From Clostridia bacterium (GTDB lineage: Bacteria; Bacillota; Clostridia; Oscillospirales; CAG-272): a stretch of 59,538 bases of DNA. Location: contig JAFTJB010000054.1 in assembly GCA_017456625.1 (NCBI GenBank), positions 1 through 59,538 of the forward strand, given 5' to 3'. Below, one piece after another: positions 1 through 9,520 of the stretch. Below the pieces are notes generated by a model, which ran no database searches, had not been told where the DNA came from, and was given only the letters and a program-made list of their open reading frames with translations. Position numbers and translations under genes: made by a program. Numbering within the stretch: the first letter of the stretch is position 1; every line of letters begins with the position of its first letter.

Positions 1-30
1 AAAAGCGCGCGTTTGCAAACGCGCGCTTTT
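1..30. terminator. Bidirectional rho-independent terminator (GC palindrome flanked by an A-run and a T-run) downstream of the malic enzyme gene
   Basis: Read directly: aaaaGCGCGCGtttgcaaaCGCGCGCtttt. It lies 4 nt beyond the minus-strand stop codon at 35-37. Confidence 0.75.
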
Positions 31-34
31 TCTC

Positions 35-1210
35 TTAGATCCGATTGACGCCCGTTTTGTGCGCCGCTTCGATCACGGCTGCCGCAACTGCGGGGGCAAC
101 GCGGCGGTCGAGTGCGGTGGGAATGATGTTTTCGTCACTTAATTCCTCGTCCGGGATAAGCGCGGCAAGGGCATAGGAGGTGGCGATCTTCATTTCCTCG
201 TTGATGCAGGTCGCGCGACAGTCCAGAGCGCCGCGGAAAATGCCGGGGAAGGCGAGGACGTTGTTGATCTGATTGGGGAAATCCGAGCGACCTGTGCCTA
301 CGATGCGAGCGCCTGCGCGCTTTGCGGCATCGGGCATGATCTCGGGTGTGGGATTTGCCATGGGGAAGACGATGGCATCACTTGCCATGGAGGCGACCAT
401 TTCCTCGCTGACGATGTTGGGAGCGGAAACACCGATGAAGACGTCCGCGTCCTTCATGGCATCCGCAAGTGATCCGCGGAGATGGCGTGGATTGGTTATC
501 TCTGCAAGCGCGCGGTGTGCCTCATTGAGCCCCTCCATGCCACGGCAGATGATGCCGAAGCGGTCGACCATTATCAGATCGCGCACTCCGAGTGTCAGCA
601 GATGCTTGCCGATCGCGCAGCCTGCGGCACCCGCACCGTTGATCACGACACGCACCTTGGAGATGTCCTTTTTGACCACCTTAAGCGCGTTGATAAGTGC
701 GGCGGCGAGTACAATTGCGGTTCCGTGCTGATCATCGTGAAAAACGGGAACGTCGCAGATCGCCTTGAGCTTTTCTTCAATTTCAAAGCAACGGGGTGCG
801 GCAATGTCCTCGAGGTTAATACCGCCAAAGCTGCCCGAGAGGAGGTAGATCGTGCGAACCAGCTCGTCTACGTCCTGTGTACGAATACAGAGCGGAAAGG
901 CATCAACGTCCGCGAATGCCTTGAAAAGCGCACATTTGCCCTCCATGACAGGCATGCCCGCCTCGGGACCGATGTCGCCAAGACCCAAAACCGCGCTGCC
1001 GTCGGTGATGACCGCGACGAGATTGCTTCTGCGTGTCAGATCATAGGATTTGTCGGGGTCTGCCTGGATTTGGAGGCAGGGCTCGGCGACACCGGGGGTA
1101 TAGGCAAGTGAGAGATCGCGGCGATCATTGACGGAACAGCGTGCAACGACCTCGATCTTTCCCTTCCATTCATAATGCTTTTTGAGGGATTCTTCACGGA
1201 TGTTTTCCAT
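35..1210 (-). CDS. NAD(P)-dependent malic enzyme, short form without a PTA domain
   Basis: 391-aa ORF. Translation shows malic-enzyme hallmarks: LAYTPGVA, VITDGSAVLGLGDIGP, FHDDQHGTA and a Rossmann GAGAAG motif. Confidence 0.9.
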   Translation of the reverse strand: MENIREESLKKHYEWKGKIEVVARCSVNDRRDLSLAYTPGVAEPCLQIQADPDKSYDLTRRSNLVAVITDGSAVLGLGDIGPEAGMPVMEGKCALFKAFADVDAFPLCIRTQDVDELVRTIYLLSGSFGGINLEDIAAPRCFEIEEKLKAICDVPVFHDDQHGTAIVLAAALINALKVVKKDISKVRVVINGAGAAGCAIGKHLLTLGVRDLIMVDRFGIICRGMEGLNEAHRALAEITNPRHLRGSLADAMKDADVFIGVSAPNIVSEEMVASMASDAIVFPMANPTPEIMPDAAKRAGARIVGTGRSDFPNQINNVLAFPGIFRGALDCRATCINEEMKIATSYALAALIPDEELSDENIIPTALDRRVAPAVAAAVIEAAHKTGVNRI

Positions 1211-1229
1211 AGGGGGTGCCTTTCTGATT

Positions 1230-2819
1230 TTACAAATTGATTACAGCCATGATCAACCAAAGCGCGATGCAGACCGCCGTAACGGGAGATGCAAGTGCGC
1301 GAAGGAAGATCTTCGGGATCTGCTTGAGGGGAGGATTGGTGGTGTATGCGGAGGAGAGATTGGCGCGGGCATAGAGGTGATAGATCTTGCGCGCCTCGCC
1401 CGTCGCAAATGCCGAGAAAAGCAGGAAGAGCGTGACGACGCAGAACATAAAGATGTCGTTGCTTCCCGCGTGAACGTAGAATGCCGAGAGATAGGGCTGT
1501 CCGAAGAGACAGAAAAGATTGTAGAGAAAATGCAGGACAAAGACTGCAAAGAAGGAGCGTGTCGCGTAGAGGACCGAGGCGAGCAACGCGCCGAGGAGCA
1601 GATAGGTTAAAAAGAGCGGGAAGGAGAAATGGAGCATGGCGAAGAAAAGCGAGCTTGCCGCAATGGAGATCGCAACGCCGAGATGCTCGTATTCGGCACA
1701 CAGATAGGCGCGGAAGACCAGCTCCTCGCAGAACGCGGGGACGAGCGCGTAGGCAATGATGAGCGCAGAGATGCCGAGAAAGTCGCCGCTGCTTTGCGCG
1801 CTGAAGGTGTTGTATAGGACAACGCCACCTGAGAGGGAGGAGATACCGCCCGTTAAGATGCTTGCGAGCATGCTTCCCGTGATCATGACCACAAGGATGC
1901 ACAGACAAAACCAAAGCTGTGAGGGCTTTGGGAGCGTGAGGCGGATCCGTTTGGTGAATTTCTCTCCGCGCAAGGCAGAGTAGAGCACCGACGGAACGAC
2001 GAAAATGAGGATCTGCAAAAGCACCGCGCCGATCGCCTCGCTTCCGCGGTCAAGGAGCGCCGTGTCGATCAGCCTTGCCAGAATGAGAAGCAGGAAGGAG
2101 CAGAGGACGAGCGCGGGTGGGAGATGGAGCACGCGGACGTGAGAAAGCTCGGAAAGCTCCTCTTTACTCGGTTGGAGCGAGCGAAGCCAATTGAGTGCTT
2201 GATTTACGTAGGTCGCGAGCGGCGTCGCGGCTTTTTTTCTTTTTACGATGGCGTTGCAATCGATCACGCCGCGCTCGGTAAAGAGCAGAGAAACGGAGTG
2301 ATCATGCGCCTCGGTGGGGAGCCTTTTGCAGAGCATCGCATCAAGGACGGCTCCTACGGCAATGCCGGGGAAGGTGTCGAGAAAGCGGTCGTAATAGCCT
2401 TTTCCGTAGCCGATCCGTGCGCCGTTTGGCGTAAAGGAGAGCCCGGGGAGGATGCAGAGCGTGCGCTCTGTCGGCTTTGCGATGGGCGCGTCTGCGGGGG
2501 GCTCGGGAATGTTATAGGTGCCTGCGTTCAGCCGCTGATCCTCCTTTAGAATGCGGAAGGTGAGGGTACAGGTCTCGGGATCGCTGATGGGGAAGGCAAC
2601 GGGGATTCCCTTTGCGCGAGCGACACGGACGAGCGGGAGGAGATTGAGCTCCTTGCCGATGGGCGCGTAGAGAAGCAGGAGATCGGCGTTTGCAAGCTGC
2701 GAGGATGCGGCAATGCGGGAGACGATCTGTTGACTCCGCTCGCGGAGCTGCTCGTTGGAGATCTGTTCGCGGCGCGCGCGAAGCTTGGCGCGCACCTCTT
2801 TTTTTGCGTTTTCGTTCAT
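1230..2819 (-). CDS. Fusion protein: N-terminal 5-formyltetrahydrofolate cyclo-ligase plus C-terminal CPBP (CAAX/Abi-type) intramembrane protease
   Basis: Start moved from 2912 to the ATG at 2819 (MNENAKKEV), 1 nt after the DJ-1 stop. N-terminal part: PGLSFTPNGARIGYGKGYYDRFL. C-terminal polytopic part: EELVFRAY, FFAMLHFSF, VLHFLYN. The frame is continuous. Confidence 0.8.
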   Translation of the reverse strand: MNENAKKEVRAKLRARREQISNEQLRERSQQIVSRIAASSQLANADLLLLYAPIGKELNLLPLVRVARAKGIPVAFPISDPETCTLTFRILKEDQRLNAGTYNIPEPPADAPIAKPTERTLCILPGLSFTPNGARIGYGKGYYDRFLDTFPGIAVGAVLDAMLCKRLPTEAHDHSVSLLFTERGVIDCNAIVKRKKAATPLATYVNQALNWLRSLQPSKEELSELSHVRVLHLPPALVLCSFLLLILARLIDTALLDRGSEAIGAVLLQILIFVVPSVLYSALRGEKFTKRIRLTLPKPSQLWFCLCILVVMITGSMLASILTGGISSLSGGVVLYNTFSAQSSGDFLGISALIIAYALVPAFCEELVFRAYLCAEYEHLGVAISIAASSLFFAMLHFSFPLFLTYLLLGALLASVLYATRSFFAVFVLHFLYNLFCLFGQPYLSAFYVHAGSNDIFMFCVVTLFLLFSAFATGEARKIYHLYARANLSSAYTTNPPLKQIPKIFLRALASPVTAVCIALWLIMAVINL

Positions 2820-2820
2820 A

Positions 2821-3360
2821 TCAATCCGCCAATACCGCGCGGCGCAGCTCGTCCGCGGTGTCCTTGCCCTTGAGAGCGGAAACGAGCGCAAGCCCGAATT
2901 CGAGTGCAACACCCATGCCCGCGCCTGTAATGATCTTGCCGTCGGTCACCACACGTTCGTCGGCTAACGTAGCGCCCTCCAGATATTCTTCAAAGCCGGG
3001 GAAGCAGATCGCACGCTTGCCCGCAAGGTATCCGCGCTTACCGAGCACCATGGGAGCGGCACAGATCGCGGCAATGAACGCATTGTTCCTCGATGCGGCG
3101 CGGAGTGCGCTTTCCACGGTCGTGGAGGCATCGAGATGCTTTGTGCCCGGCATACCGCCCGGCAGAATGACCATATCGGGCTTGCTGTCGCGATACATCG
3201 TGTCGGGGATATCGGCTTGTACGGTGATGCCGTGCGCCCCCGTGATGCTCTCGCCGCCGATGCCGACCGTTGTGACCTGCACCTCCGCGCGGCGCAGAAG
3301 GTCGAGCGGACAGAGAGCCTCGATCTCCTCAAAGCCATTTGCTAAAAACATATATACCAT
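2821..3360 (-). CDS. DJ-1/PfpI (ThiJ) family protein
   Basis: 179 aa. Contains VILPGGMPG and the nucleophile-elbow-like AAICAAPMVLG typical of the DJ-1 family. Confidence 0.8.
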   Translation of the reverse strand: MVYMFLANGFEEIEALCPLDLLRRAEVQVTTVGIGGESITGAHGITVQADIPDTMYRDSKPDMVILPGGMPGTKHLDASTTVESALRAASRNNAFIAAICAAPMVLGKRGYLAGKRAICFPGFEEYLEGATLADERVVTDGKIITGAGMGVALEFGLALVSALKGKDTADELRRAVLAD

Positions 3361-3383
3361 GGTTCTTGATCCTTTCTTTTGGA

Positions 3384-3713
3384 TTATTGCAGCCCTGCGG
3401 TGAGACGAATGAGCAGGGAGCGGTTATCGGGTTGATTTTTTGCGTCGTACGCCGCACGGTTGCGGTGGATCTCGCCGCACTTGGTGCAACGGTGGTAGAT
3501 GATGAAGCCGTGCTTGGCATCGGGCTCGGTGCGGATCGGCTGCATCTGCCCCTTGCAGGGATTGGCGCGATCTCCGGGGTTGACGTCAACGTGAAGAGAC
3601 CAGAGGCAGAAGGGGCAATGATTGCGCGAGGTAAAGCCGAGAGGCAGGACCTCCTTGCCGCAGTGCTCGCAGACAAAGCCGCTATCATTTTTGGTAAACC
3701 GTTTTTGCTCCAT
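3384..3713 (-). CDS. RNHCP domain protein (small Cys-rich zinc-ribbon-like protein)
   Basis: Literal RNHCPFC motif plus CEHCG and CTKCG cysteine pairs. Start set at MEQKRF (ATG 3713). The upstream part of the 160-aa track ORF is AT-rich promoter-like DNA. Confidence 0.7.
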   Translation of the reverse strand: MEQKRFTKNDSGFVCEHCGKEVLPLGFTSRNHCPFCLWSLHVDVNPGDRANPCKGQMQPIRTEPDAKHGFIIYHRCTKCGEIHRNRAAYDAKNQPDNRSLLIRLTAGLQ

Positions 3714-3879
3714 AGGCCCTCCGTGTATATAATAAATGTACAGAATAATCTTATCACAAACATGGCGGGATGTCAAGCCCTTTCGTTTTTTGAGAATTGT
3801 GGAAAAAACAAGACGGTTATTTTTAGAGGTAGCAAATTTAACATAATTTTGGATGTTTTTTATCATTTCTTTGTATGTA

Positions 3880-3908
3880 TTGACAGGGGTGGGGTAACCT
3901 GTTAAAAT
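3880..3908 (+). promoter_or_regulatory. Sigma-70-type promoter for the micro-ORF and giant gene 1
   Basis: TTGACA (3880-3885), 17-nt spacer, TAAAAT (3903-3908). Confidence 0.65.
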
Positions 3909-3951
3909 GAGAGTGGGACATACCCGTTATAAGAAGAAAGGAGGATCTTCT

Positions 3952-4125
3952 GTGAATATGAAACACGAAGGAACGAGAAAAGCATATTTCGAACCACAGG
4001 CGGACGTTGTTTTGATGCTTCAGAACGACATCGTAACACTCTCGAGCGGCGAGGATCACGGCGGGAACATTCCCACCAAGCCGGACGAGGACTGGGATCT
4101 CGGCGAATACGTCATTACGCGATGA
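3952..4125 (+). CDS. Micro-ORF family member 1 (55-57 aa), unknown function
   Basis: GGAGG at 3940-3944. In-frame GTG at 3952 (7-nt spacing) or ATG at 3958. Peptide: MKHEGTRKAYFEPQADVVLMLQNDIVTLSSGEDHGGNIPTKPDEDWDLGEYVITR. It has paralogues at 9521 and 57799. Confidence 0.6.
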   Translation: MNMKHEGTRKAYFEPQADVVLMLQNDIVTLSSGEDHGGNIPTKPDEDWDLGEYVITR

Positions 4126-4176
4126 CGGTTAGATCTCGGTGACATGAAACACAGAATATTCAGAAAGGAAATCGAC

Positions 4177-7100
4177 ATGAAACATTCAAGAAGAGTTTTA
4201 TCAATGATTTTGGCGATCCTGATGGTCTTCTCCTCTATGGTCGCAGCGACCACGGTCAGCGTCAGCGCTGCGGAAGAGGCGGAGGATCACGGAACGCAGC
4301 CCACCACCTGGTGGCATGACGTGGTCATTTCCACGTACGGCGCAGACGCAAAGCCTGCGGACGTATTCTCCAATCCTACCAACAACGACGGTACGTCCGA
4401 TGCTAAGGCATGGCTGATCGATAATCCCACTCAGCTTGCATACATGGCATACTACCTTGAGAGCGGCGCGCTCAACGGTGCAACCGCTATAACCTACTTC
4501 TATATCAGAGGTAACGATTGCGGCGGCGTATTCGATATGTCCGCGCATCAGTGGAAGCCCGTTTACGCTCCGTATAAGTTCAAGCTTTCCGGTCGCGCGA
4601 CCTGTAAGATCACGGGCCTGAAGCTGACGGCGAGCGAGGCGATCTCCGGCTATCAGTACGAGAGAGGCTGCGCAATGTTCTCCGCTTTGAGCGACACCGC
4701 AGTCGTTGAGAACCTCAACCTTGAGGTCAAGATCCTCAATCCCGTGCTCACCTCTACCGCATCCTTGAATAACAGCGTAGGTGTTGCGGGTATCGTTGCG
4801 TATGCAACCGGCACCTCGCAGATCAGAAACAGCACCGTTACCCTGGATCTCGACGTCAACGGAACGGGCGGTGCATACATCTATGCGGGCGTGGTTGCTT
4901 ACACGGCATCCAATGCGGCTGTTACGGGCTGTACCGTAAAGGGTGATATGAAGATCACGGCTCCCGCTTCCAAGGAGGTTTGGGTCGGCGGCGTTCTGGG
5001 CTACCACACCGGTGCTGCACTGAACACGATGACGAACGAGGCGACCATTGCCGTTACCTCCGCTTCTCAGGTAAACGTTGGCGGCTTGATCGCAAAAACG
5101 GGAACCTTCGCGAGCGGCAGCACAAATACCAACAAGGGTGCGATCAACGTAACCCTGACCGGTGCCACCACCACCTATTCCATGATCGGCGGTGTGGTCG
5201 GCGCATCTCATGCGATCCCCTACTACTTTGCAACCCTGAAGAACGAGGGTGCCGTTACCGTTACGACGAGCGGCGCTGCCGTATACCTTGGCGGTATTAC
5301 GGGCGGATTCTCCAATACCGGTGCTAAGAACACGATGACCGGCGGTATGACCAATACCGGTGCGATCACGCTGAACGTCAACGCGAAGTCGTCTGCGAAC
5401 CAGTACGTTGGCGGTCTCTTCGGTATTTACAACGCAACCGTTGCGGGCTCTACGCTGAAGAACGCGCAGAACTCAGGTGCGGTTAGCGTGGTTGCTGTGG
5501 ACACCGTGGTTGAAACCGTTGAGACCGGTGTCGGCGGCTTGATCGGTCAGATGATCCATCTCGAGGTCACGGGCTGTAAGAATGACGGTCCCATTACCGT
5601 TACCAACTCCAGCGTCGGTAAGTTCCACGTCGGCGGTATCGCGGGCTTGATGCACCGCTCCTCGAGCGGCGGAAACGCGCTGATCAGCTGTGAAAATACG
5701 GCAAACGGTAAGATCACCCTGACCGATAAGAGCTCTTATGACGGCAACAGACAGACCCGTTACGTGGGCGGTATCGTTGCGTACTTCCTTTCCAACACGA
5801 TCAAGGATTGTGTAAACAACGGTGATATCACCTACAACTGCTCCGAGCTTGGTTCTGTCGGCGGTATTCTGGCAGCATTCGGTGACCCCAACCTGACGGT
5901 CAGCGGCTGTACGAACAACGGTAACATTACCGTTGCCAACTCCATCAGCTACGGCTCTGTCGGTAAGGTCGCAGGTATCGCTGCGGAGATGCAGAAGACG
6001 GGCGCCGTAATCGACAATTGTACCAACACCGGTACCGTTCGCCAGACGAAGGGTACGGGACAGAACTACGTCTACATGGGCGGTATCGTTGCTCAGCAGA
6101 AGGACGGAACCGTTAAGAACTGCGAGAACAAGGGTATCATCAAGACCGATAACCTTACCAAGGGCGGAAACGAGAGACACGCGCTCCACATCGGCGGTCT
6201 CATCGGTTACGCGGGCAATGCGGCAACGCTGACCGACCTTACCAACAGCGGTGCGCTCAGCATCACCTTCACGCAGGGTGCGAAGGAAGCCACCAACGTG
6301 GGCGGCATCGGAGCTACCAACACGGGTAACTACATCGCGGGTGTTGTAGGTCTCGCAGAGGGAACCACGACCCTGACGAATATCACAAACAAGGTGGATG
6401 TTATTGCGACCACGCAGGATGGACGCGAGGACAACTCCACTCTTAAGCTTGGCGGTGTTGCAAACCTCCGCGGAAGCACGACCGCGACCAACGTCTCCAA
6501 CCTGGGCTCCAAGGTTGATTTCACGAGTAACAAAGGCGCATCGCTCTTTATCGGCGGTGTATTCGGTGAGCTTGCCGATACTGCAAAGGCTACGACTGTA
6601 GTCAACTACGCAACCGTCAACGCAAGCAAGACCTCTTGGACCGGAACCGATGCAGGCGGTATCGTCGGACGCATCTACGCCGGCGCATTGCTTGACGGTG
6701 CTATCAACTATGCAAACGTATCCTCGACCACCACTTCGGACAGTGACTGCAGCGCAGGCGGTATCGTCGGTGTTGCAATGCCCGTAGCGGCGGCTGCTGC
6801 AAGAGGCGTTTACAATGCAACCAACTACGGTGAAGTTGCGATTGCAGGTCTCGGAAACAACGCGGCTGCAGGTATCTGCGCACGTGTATCCGCAGGTACT
6901 GTTGCAGGCGACATTCACTTCGAGAACTGCTTCACCGTCGGTGACGTTGAAAGCATTCCCATGTCCGGCGGCATCATCGGTCACACCCGTGCGGAGTCTG
7001 TATCCGGCGGCGTTGTTACCAATGCCTACACCGTTTACCTCACCAACTGCATCAGCTACGGCACCGGCGCGGCATACTCTCTCGTCGGCTCTCTCCGTAA

Positions 7101-9342
7101 CGATGCGCTCGTTCTTGAGAACTGCTTCGGTAACACCGAGTATTTCCTCAACTACTTCAACCAGAACAGTGCAAACAAGGATTCCGTCGGTCAGCAGTTC
7201 CTCGTAACTGTCAATGGTGTTAACGTCGAGGGTAACTCGATCGCGTACAACCCCGACGACGATACCTGTGCACACGTTGAGATCGCTACCCTGGATAAGG
7301 CTCGCGTCCGTCTGGATGCAGCGGGAACCGATGAGTCGGGTATCCGCTTCGATAGCTACATTACCAAGGAGAGCTACGATGAGATCAAGGCAATGACGAA
7401 TGTCGATATCGACTTTGATACGATCATTGCTCCCACGCAGAATCTTGCGATCACCTCCGTTGCAAACGCATACGATAAGCTCGAGGCTATGAACGCGCTC
7501 GGCGGTAAGCGTTACACGGTCATTCCCTTCGATCAGGAATTCCTGGATCCTGCGGAATACGGTGATACCTCCGGCGATAAGTACTACTTCGCAGGTGCGC
7601 TCAACCAGATCAAGACCACGAACTACAACCTTTCCTTCACCGCGATCGCGTGCATCACGATCACCATCGACGATATGCTCACCTTCAAGCTCTACGCAGA
7701 TTATGACGTAGCGAACACCGAGCGCGCACGTAGCATCGCACAGGTTGCAACCATGGCATTTGAGGACCGTGCAACCGAGCGTGTCACCATTGACGGTATC
7801 GACTACAAGTACCTCGCAAACGAGGATCACGAGTGCTATCTCGGCAATTACAGCTTGTACTCCAACGCACAGCTCGCAAAGCTGAAGACATACAGCAGCT
7901 ACGACAACACGGGTAAGGAAGCTCCCACGGGTCTCTCCGTCAACGGCGTTTCTATCTCCGAGTATAAGATCGTATACGCGCAGAGCCCCATCTACAGCAC
8001 CTACGGCTCTACCTCCGGCAAGACCCTCTACGGAGATCTCCACAACGTCACGCTGGCGCTTGACGACGGCACGGGCAGCATCGAGTTTGGTGACGTGCTC
8101 TTCGGCGCAACCTACGATTACGACTTCCAGACCGCGATCGCGATCCGCGATGCGATCAAGGACACCTTCGGCGTTGAGCTTGAGGTCGTTCCGGATTATG
8201 ACATCGGCGGCGATGCAAGCGTTCCCACCGACGACGTGATCACCCCTGAGGGACAGTACGAGATCCTCGTTGGTCAGACCAACAGAGCAAAGACGCAGTC
8301 CGCTGCGATCTTCGCACAGGATCCCGATGAGTTCACGCTCATGATCAACGATGATGATATCGTTGTATGCGGTGGCTCCTACGGTGCAACCTGGCATGCA
8401 GCTATGGCTCTCAAGGCTATTCTCGGTGAGCATGCAGGCGAGAACTACAACCTCAAGATGGCAGGCAATATGTCCGCAAAGGCAGACATGACCATCATCG
8501 CGTGCATCGGTGACTCCATCACCCGCGGCTCGCAGGCACTTCCCGATAACGATTTCGGCGGCAACAGCGGCGCGAATGATCTCTTCGGCGGAACTACCAC
8601 GGCAATCTATCTTGAGCAGTTCCTCTCCTATCCCGCAAATCTCCAGAGAATGCTTTGGAAGGATGCATACGTTTACAACTTCGGTCGCGGCAACTCTACC
8701 GCGGGCAACTACAACAACCCCGGTAACTACTACGCAAGCACCGATCACTGGAACAACTGCTACAACACCTCCAACTCCGACGTTGATTTCGATCTCGTAT
8801 TCATGATGCACGGAACCAACGACTCCACCCGTCCCGGCATGTACAGCCAGGCAACCGGTGCCTACAACTGGATCGAGGAGGATAAGGCAGCGTTCCGCGC
8901 AGAGGTACAGAACCTCATGGATAAGATCCTCGAGGGCTCGCCCAACGCAACCTTTATCTTCAACAACATTCCGCACAGATTTGATACCGATTCCAACACG
9001 GAAGAGCACAACACCATGGCAATGGCAGCAATCCAGAAGGAAATGGTAACCATCTTTGCAGAGACCTATGACGTATATCATTACGACATGAACAGCTTTA
9101 CTCGCGAAAATCTTGTCAATACCTCCTGCGAGTGCTACGATGCTCCTGCCGAGAACATCGATTCGACCGCAGAGGAGGCAGCTCACGGCTATTACTACAA
9201 CTGTGAGACCCCGAACGGCAAGCATGACGGTACGCACCCGAACTTCCGCGGCTACAACAAGATCGCAGAGGCTGTTTACTCCGTCGTTGACTATATTCTC
9301 AACGGTGCGGAGAAGCCGGTTTACATGATCGACGTTCAGTAA
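4177..9342 (+). CDS. Giant secreted protein: signal peptide, long GLUG-like beta-helix repeat region, alpha/beta module, C-terminal SGNH/GDSL esterase
   Basis: Start at ATG 4177 (MKHSRRVLSMILAILMVFSSMVAATTVSVSA). I counted at least 22 GG[IVL]xG-type repeat cores by eye. SGNH blocks: IGDSITRGS, FGRGNS, HGTNDS, DGTHPNFRGY. Confidence 0.85.
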   Translation: MKHSRRVLSMILAILMVFSSMVAATTVSVSAAEEAEDHGTQPTTWWHDVVISTYGADAKPADVFSNPTNNDGTSDAKAWLIDNPTQLAYMAYYLESGALNGATAITYFYIRGNDCGGVFDMSAHQWKPVYAPYKFKLSGRATCKITGLKLTASEAISGYQYERGCAMFSALSDTAVVENLNLEVKILNPVLTSTASLNNSVGVAGIVAYATGTSQIRNSTVTLDLDVNGTGGAYIYAGVVAYTASNAAVTGCTVKGDMKITAPASKEVWVGGVLGYHTGAALNTMTNEATIAVTSASQVNVGGLIAKTGTFASGSTNTNKGAINVTLTGATTTYSMIGGVVGASHAIPYYFATLKNEGAVTVTTSGAAVYLGGITGGFSNTGAKNTMTGGMTNTGAITLNVNAKSSANQYVGGLFGIYNATVAGSTLKNAQNSGAVSVVAVDTVVETVETGVGGLIGQMIHLEVTGCKNDGPITVTNSSVGKFHVGGIAGLMHRSSSGGNALISCENTANGKITLTDKSSYDGNRQTRYVGGIVAYFLSNTIKDCVNNGDITYNCSELGSVGGILAAFGDPNLTVSGCTNNGNITVANSISYGSVGKVAGIAAEMQKTGAVIDNCTNTGTVRQTKGTGQNYVYMGGIVAQQKDGTVKNCENKGIIKTDNLTKGGNERHALHIGGLIGYAGNAATLTDLTNSGALSITFTQGAKEATNVGGIGATNTGNYIAGVVGLAEGTTTLTNITNKVDVIATTQDGREDNSTLKLGGVANLRGSTTATNVSNLGSKVDFTSNKGASLFIGGVFGELADTAKATTVVNYATVNASKTSWTGTDAGGIVGRIYAGALLDGAINYANVSSTTTSDSDCSAGGIVGVAMPVAAAAARGVYNATNYGEVAIAGLGNNAAAGICARVSAGTVAGDIHFENCFTVGDVESIPMSGGIIGHTRAESVSGGVVTNAYTVYLTNCISYGTGAAYSLVGSLRNDALVLENCFGNTEYFLNYFNQNSANKDSVGQQFLVTVNGVNVEGNSIAYNPDDDTCAHVEIATLDKARVRLDAAGTDESGIRFDSYITKESYDEIKAMTNVDIDFDTIIAPTQNLAITSVANAYDKLEAMNALGGKRYTVIPFDQEFLDPAEYGDTSGDKYYFAGALNQIKTTNYNLSFTAIACITITIDDMLTFKLYADYDVANTERARSIAQVATMAFEDRATERVTIDGIDYKYLANEDHECYLGNYSLYSNAQLAKLKTYSSYDNTGKEAPTGLSVNGVSISEYKIVYAQSPIYSTYGSTSGKTLYGDLHNVTLALDDGTGSIEFGDVLFGATYDYDFQTAIAIRDAIKDTFGVELEVVPDYDIGGDASVPTDDVITPEGQYEILVGQTNRAKTQSAAIFAQDPDEFTLMINDDDIVVCGGSYGATWHAAMALKAILGEHAGENYNLKMAGNMSAKADMTIIACIGDSITRGSQALPDNDFGGNSGANDLFGGTTTAIYLEQFLSYPANLQRMLWKDAYVYNFGRGNSTAGNYNNPGNYYASTDHWNNCYNTSNSDVDFDLVFMMHGTNDSTRPGMYSQATGAYNWIEEDKAAFRAEVQNLMDKILEGSPNATFIFNNIPHRFDTDSNTEEHNTMAMAAIQKEMVTIFAETYDVYHYDMNSFTRENLVNTSCECYDAPAENIDSTAEEAAHGYYYNCETPNGKHDGTHPNFRGYNKIAEAVYSVVDYILNGAEKPVYMIDVQ

Positions 9343-9354
9343 TTTAAGAAAATT

Positions 9355-9386
9355 GAGAGGCTCCTTCGGGAGTCTCTCTTTTTTTG
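9355..9386 (+). terminator. Rho-independent terminator after giant gene 1
   Basis: gagaggctcc-ttcg-ggagtctctc stem with one G-U pair, followed by a T7 run. Confidence 0.8.
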
Positions 9387-9432
9387 TTGGAAATGACTAA
9401 AAAAATCTGTTTGATTTGTGTGGATTTGACAC

Positions 9433-9461
9433 TTGCCTCAAATGGCTGAAAATGGTATAAT
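9433..9461 (+). promoter_or_regulatory. Extended -10 promoter for micro-ORF 2 and giant gene 2
   Basis: TTGCCT (9433-9438), 17-nt spacer, TGgTATAAT (9453-9461). Confidence 0.6.
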
Positions 9462-9520
9462 AATTGTGTATACCAAAATGCGGAGAGTAATACTCTCGAG
9501 AACAGGAAAGGAGGATTCCT

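Noticed and set aside
2820-2912. N-terminal extensions offered by the ORF track: 1230..2912, and likewise 3714..3866, 42812..42964, 43818..43877, 22302..22376, 34013..34066 and 19886..19912.
   Set aside because: The extensions overlap the upstream gene or AT-rich promoter DNA and have no SD. Internal ATGs preceded by GGAGG-type sites match the expected family N-termini.
5473-9237. 1254-aa ORF antisense to giant gene 1. Similar cases: 10833..14591 (1252 aa, antisense to giant gene 2) and 54283..57588 (1101 aa, antisense to the metallophosphoesterase gene).
   Set aside because: The sense strands carry signal peptides, SD sites, promoters, terminators and recognisable catalytic motifs. The antisense translations are low-complexity, rich in V/G/D/R/C, with no start context. 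Long open antisense frames are expected when the sense gene avoids TTA/CTA/TCA codons, as these GC-biased genes do.
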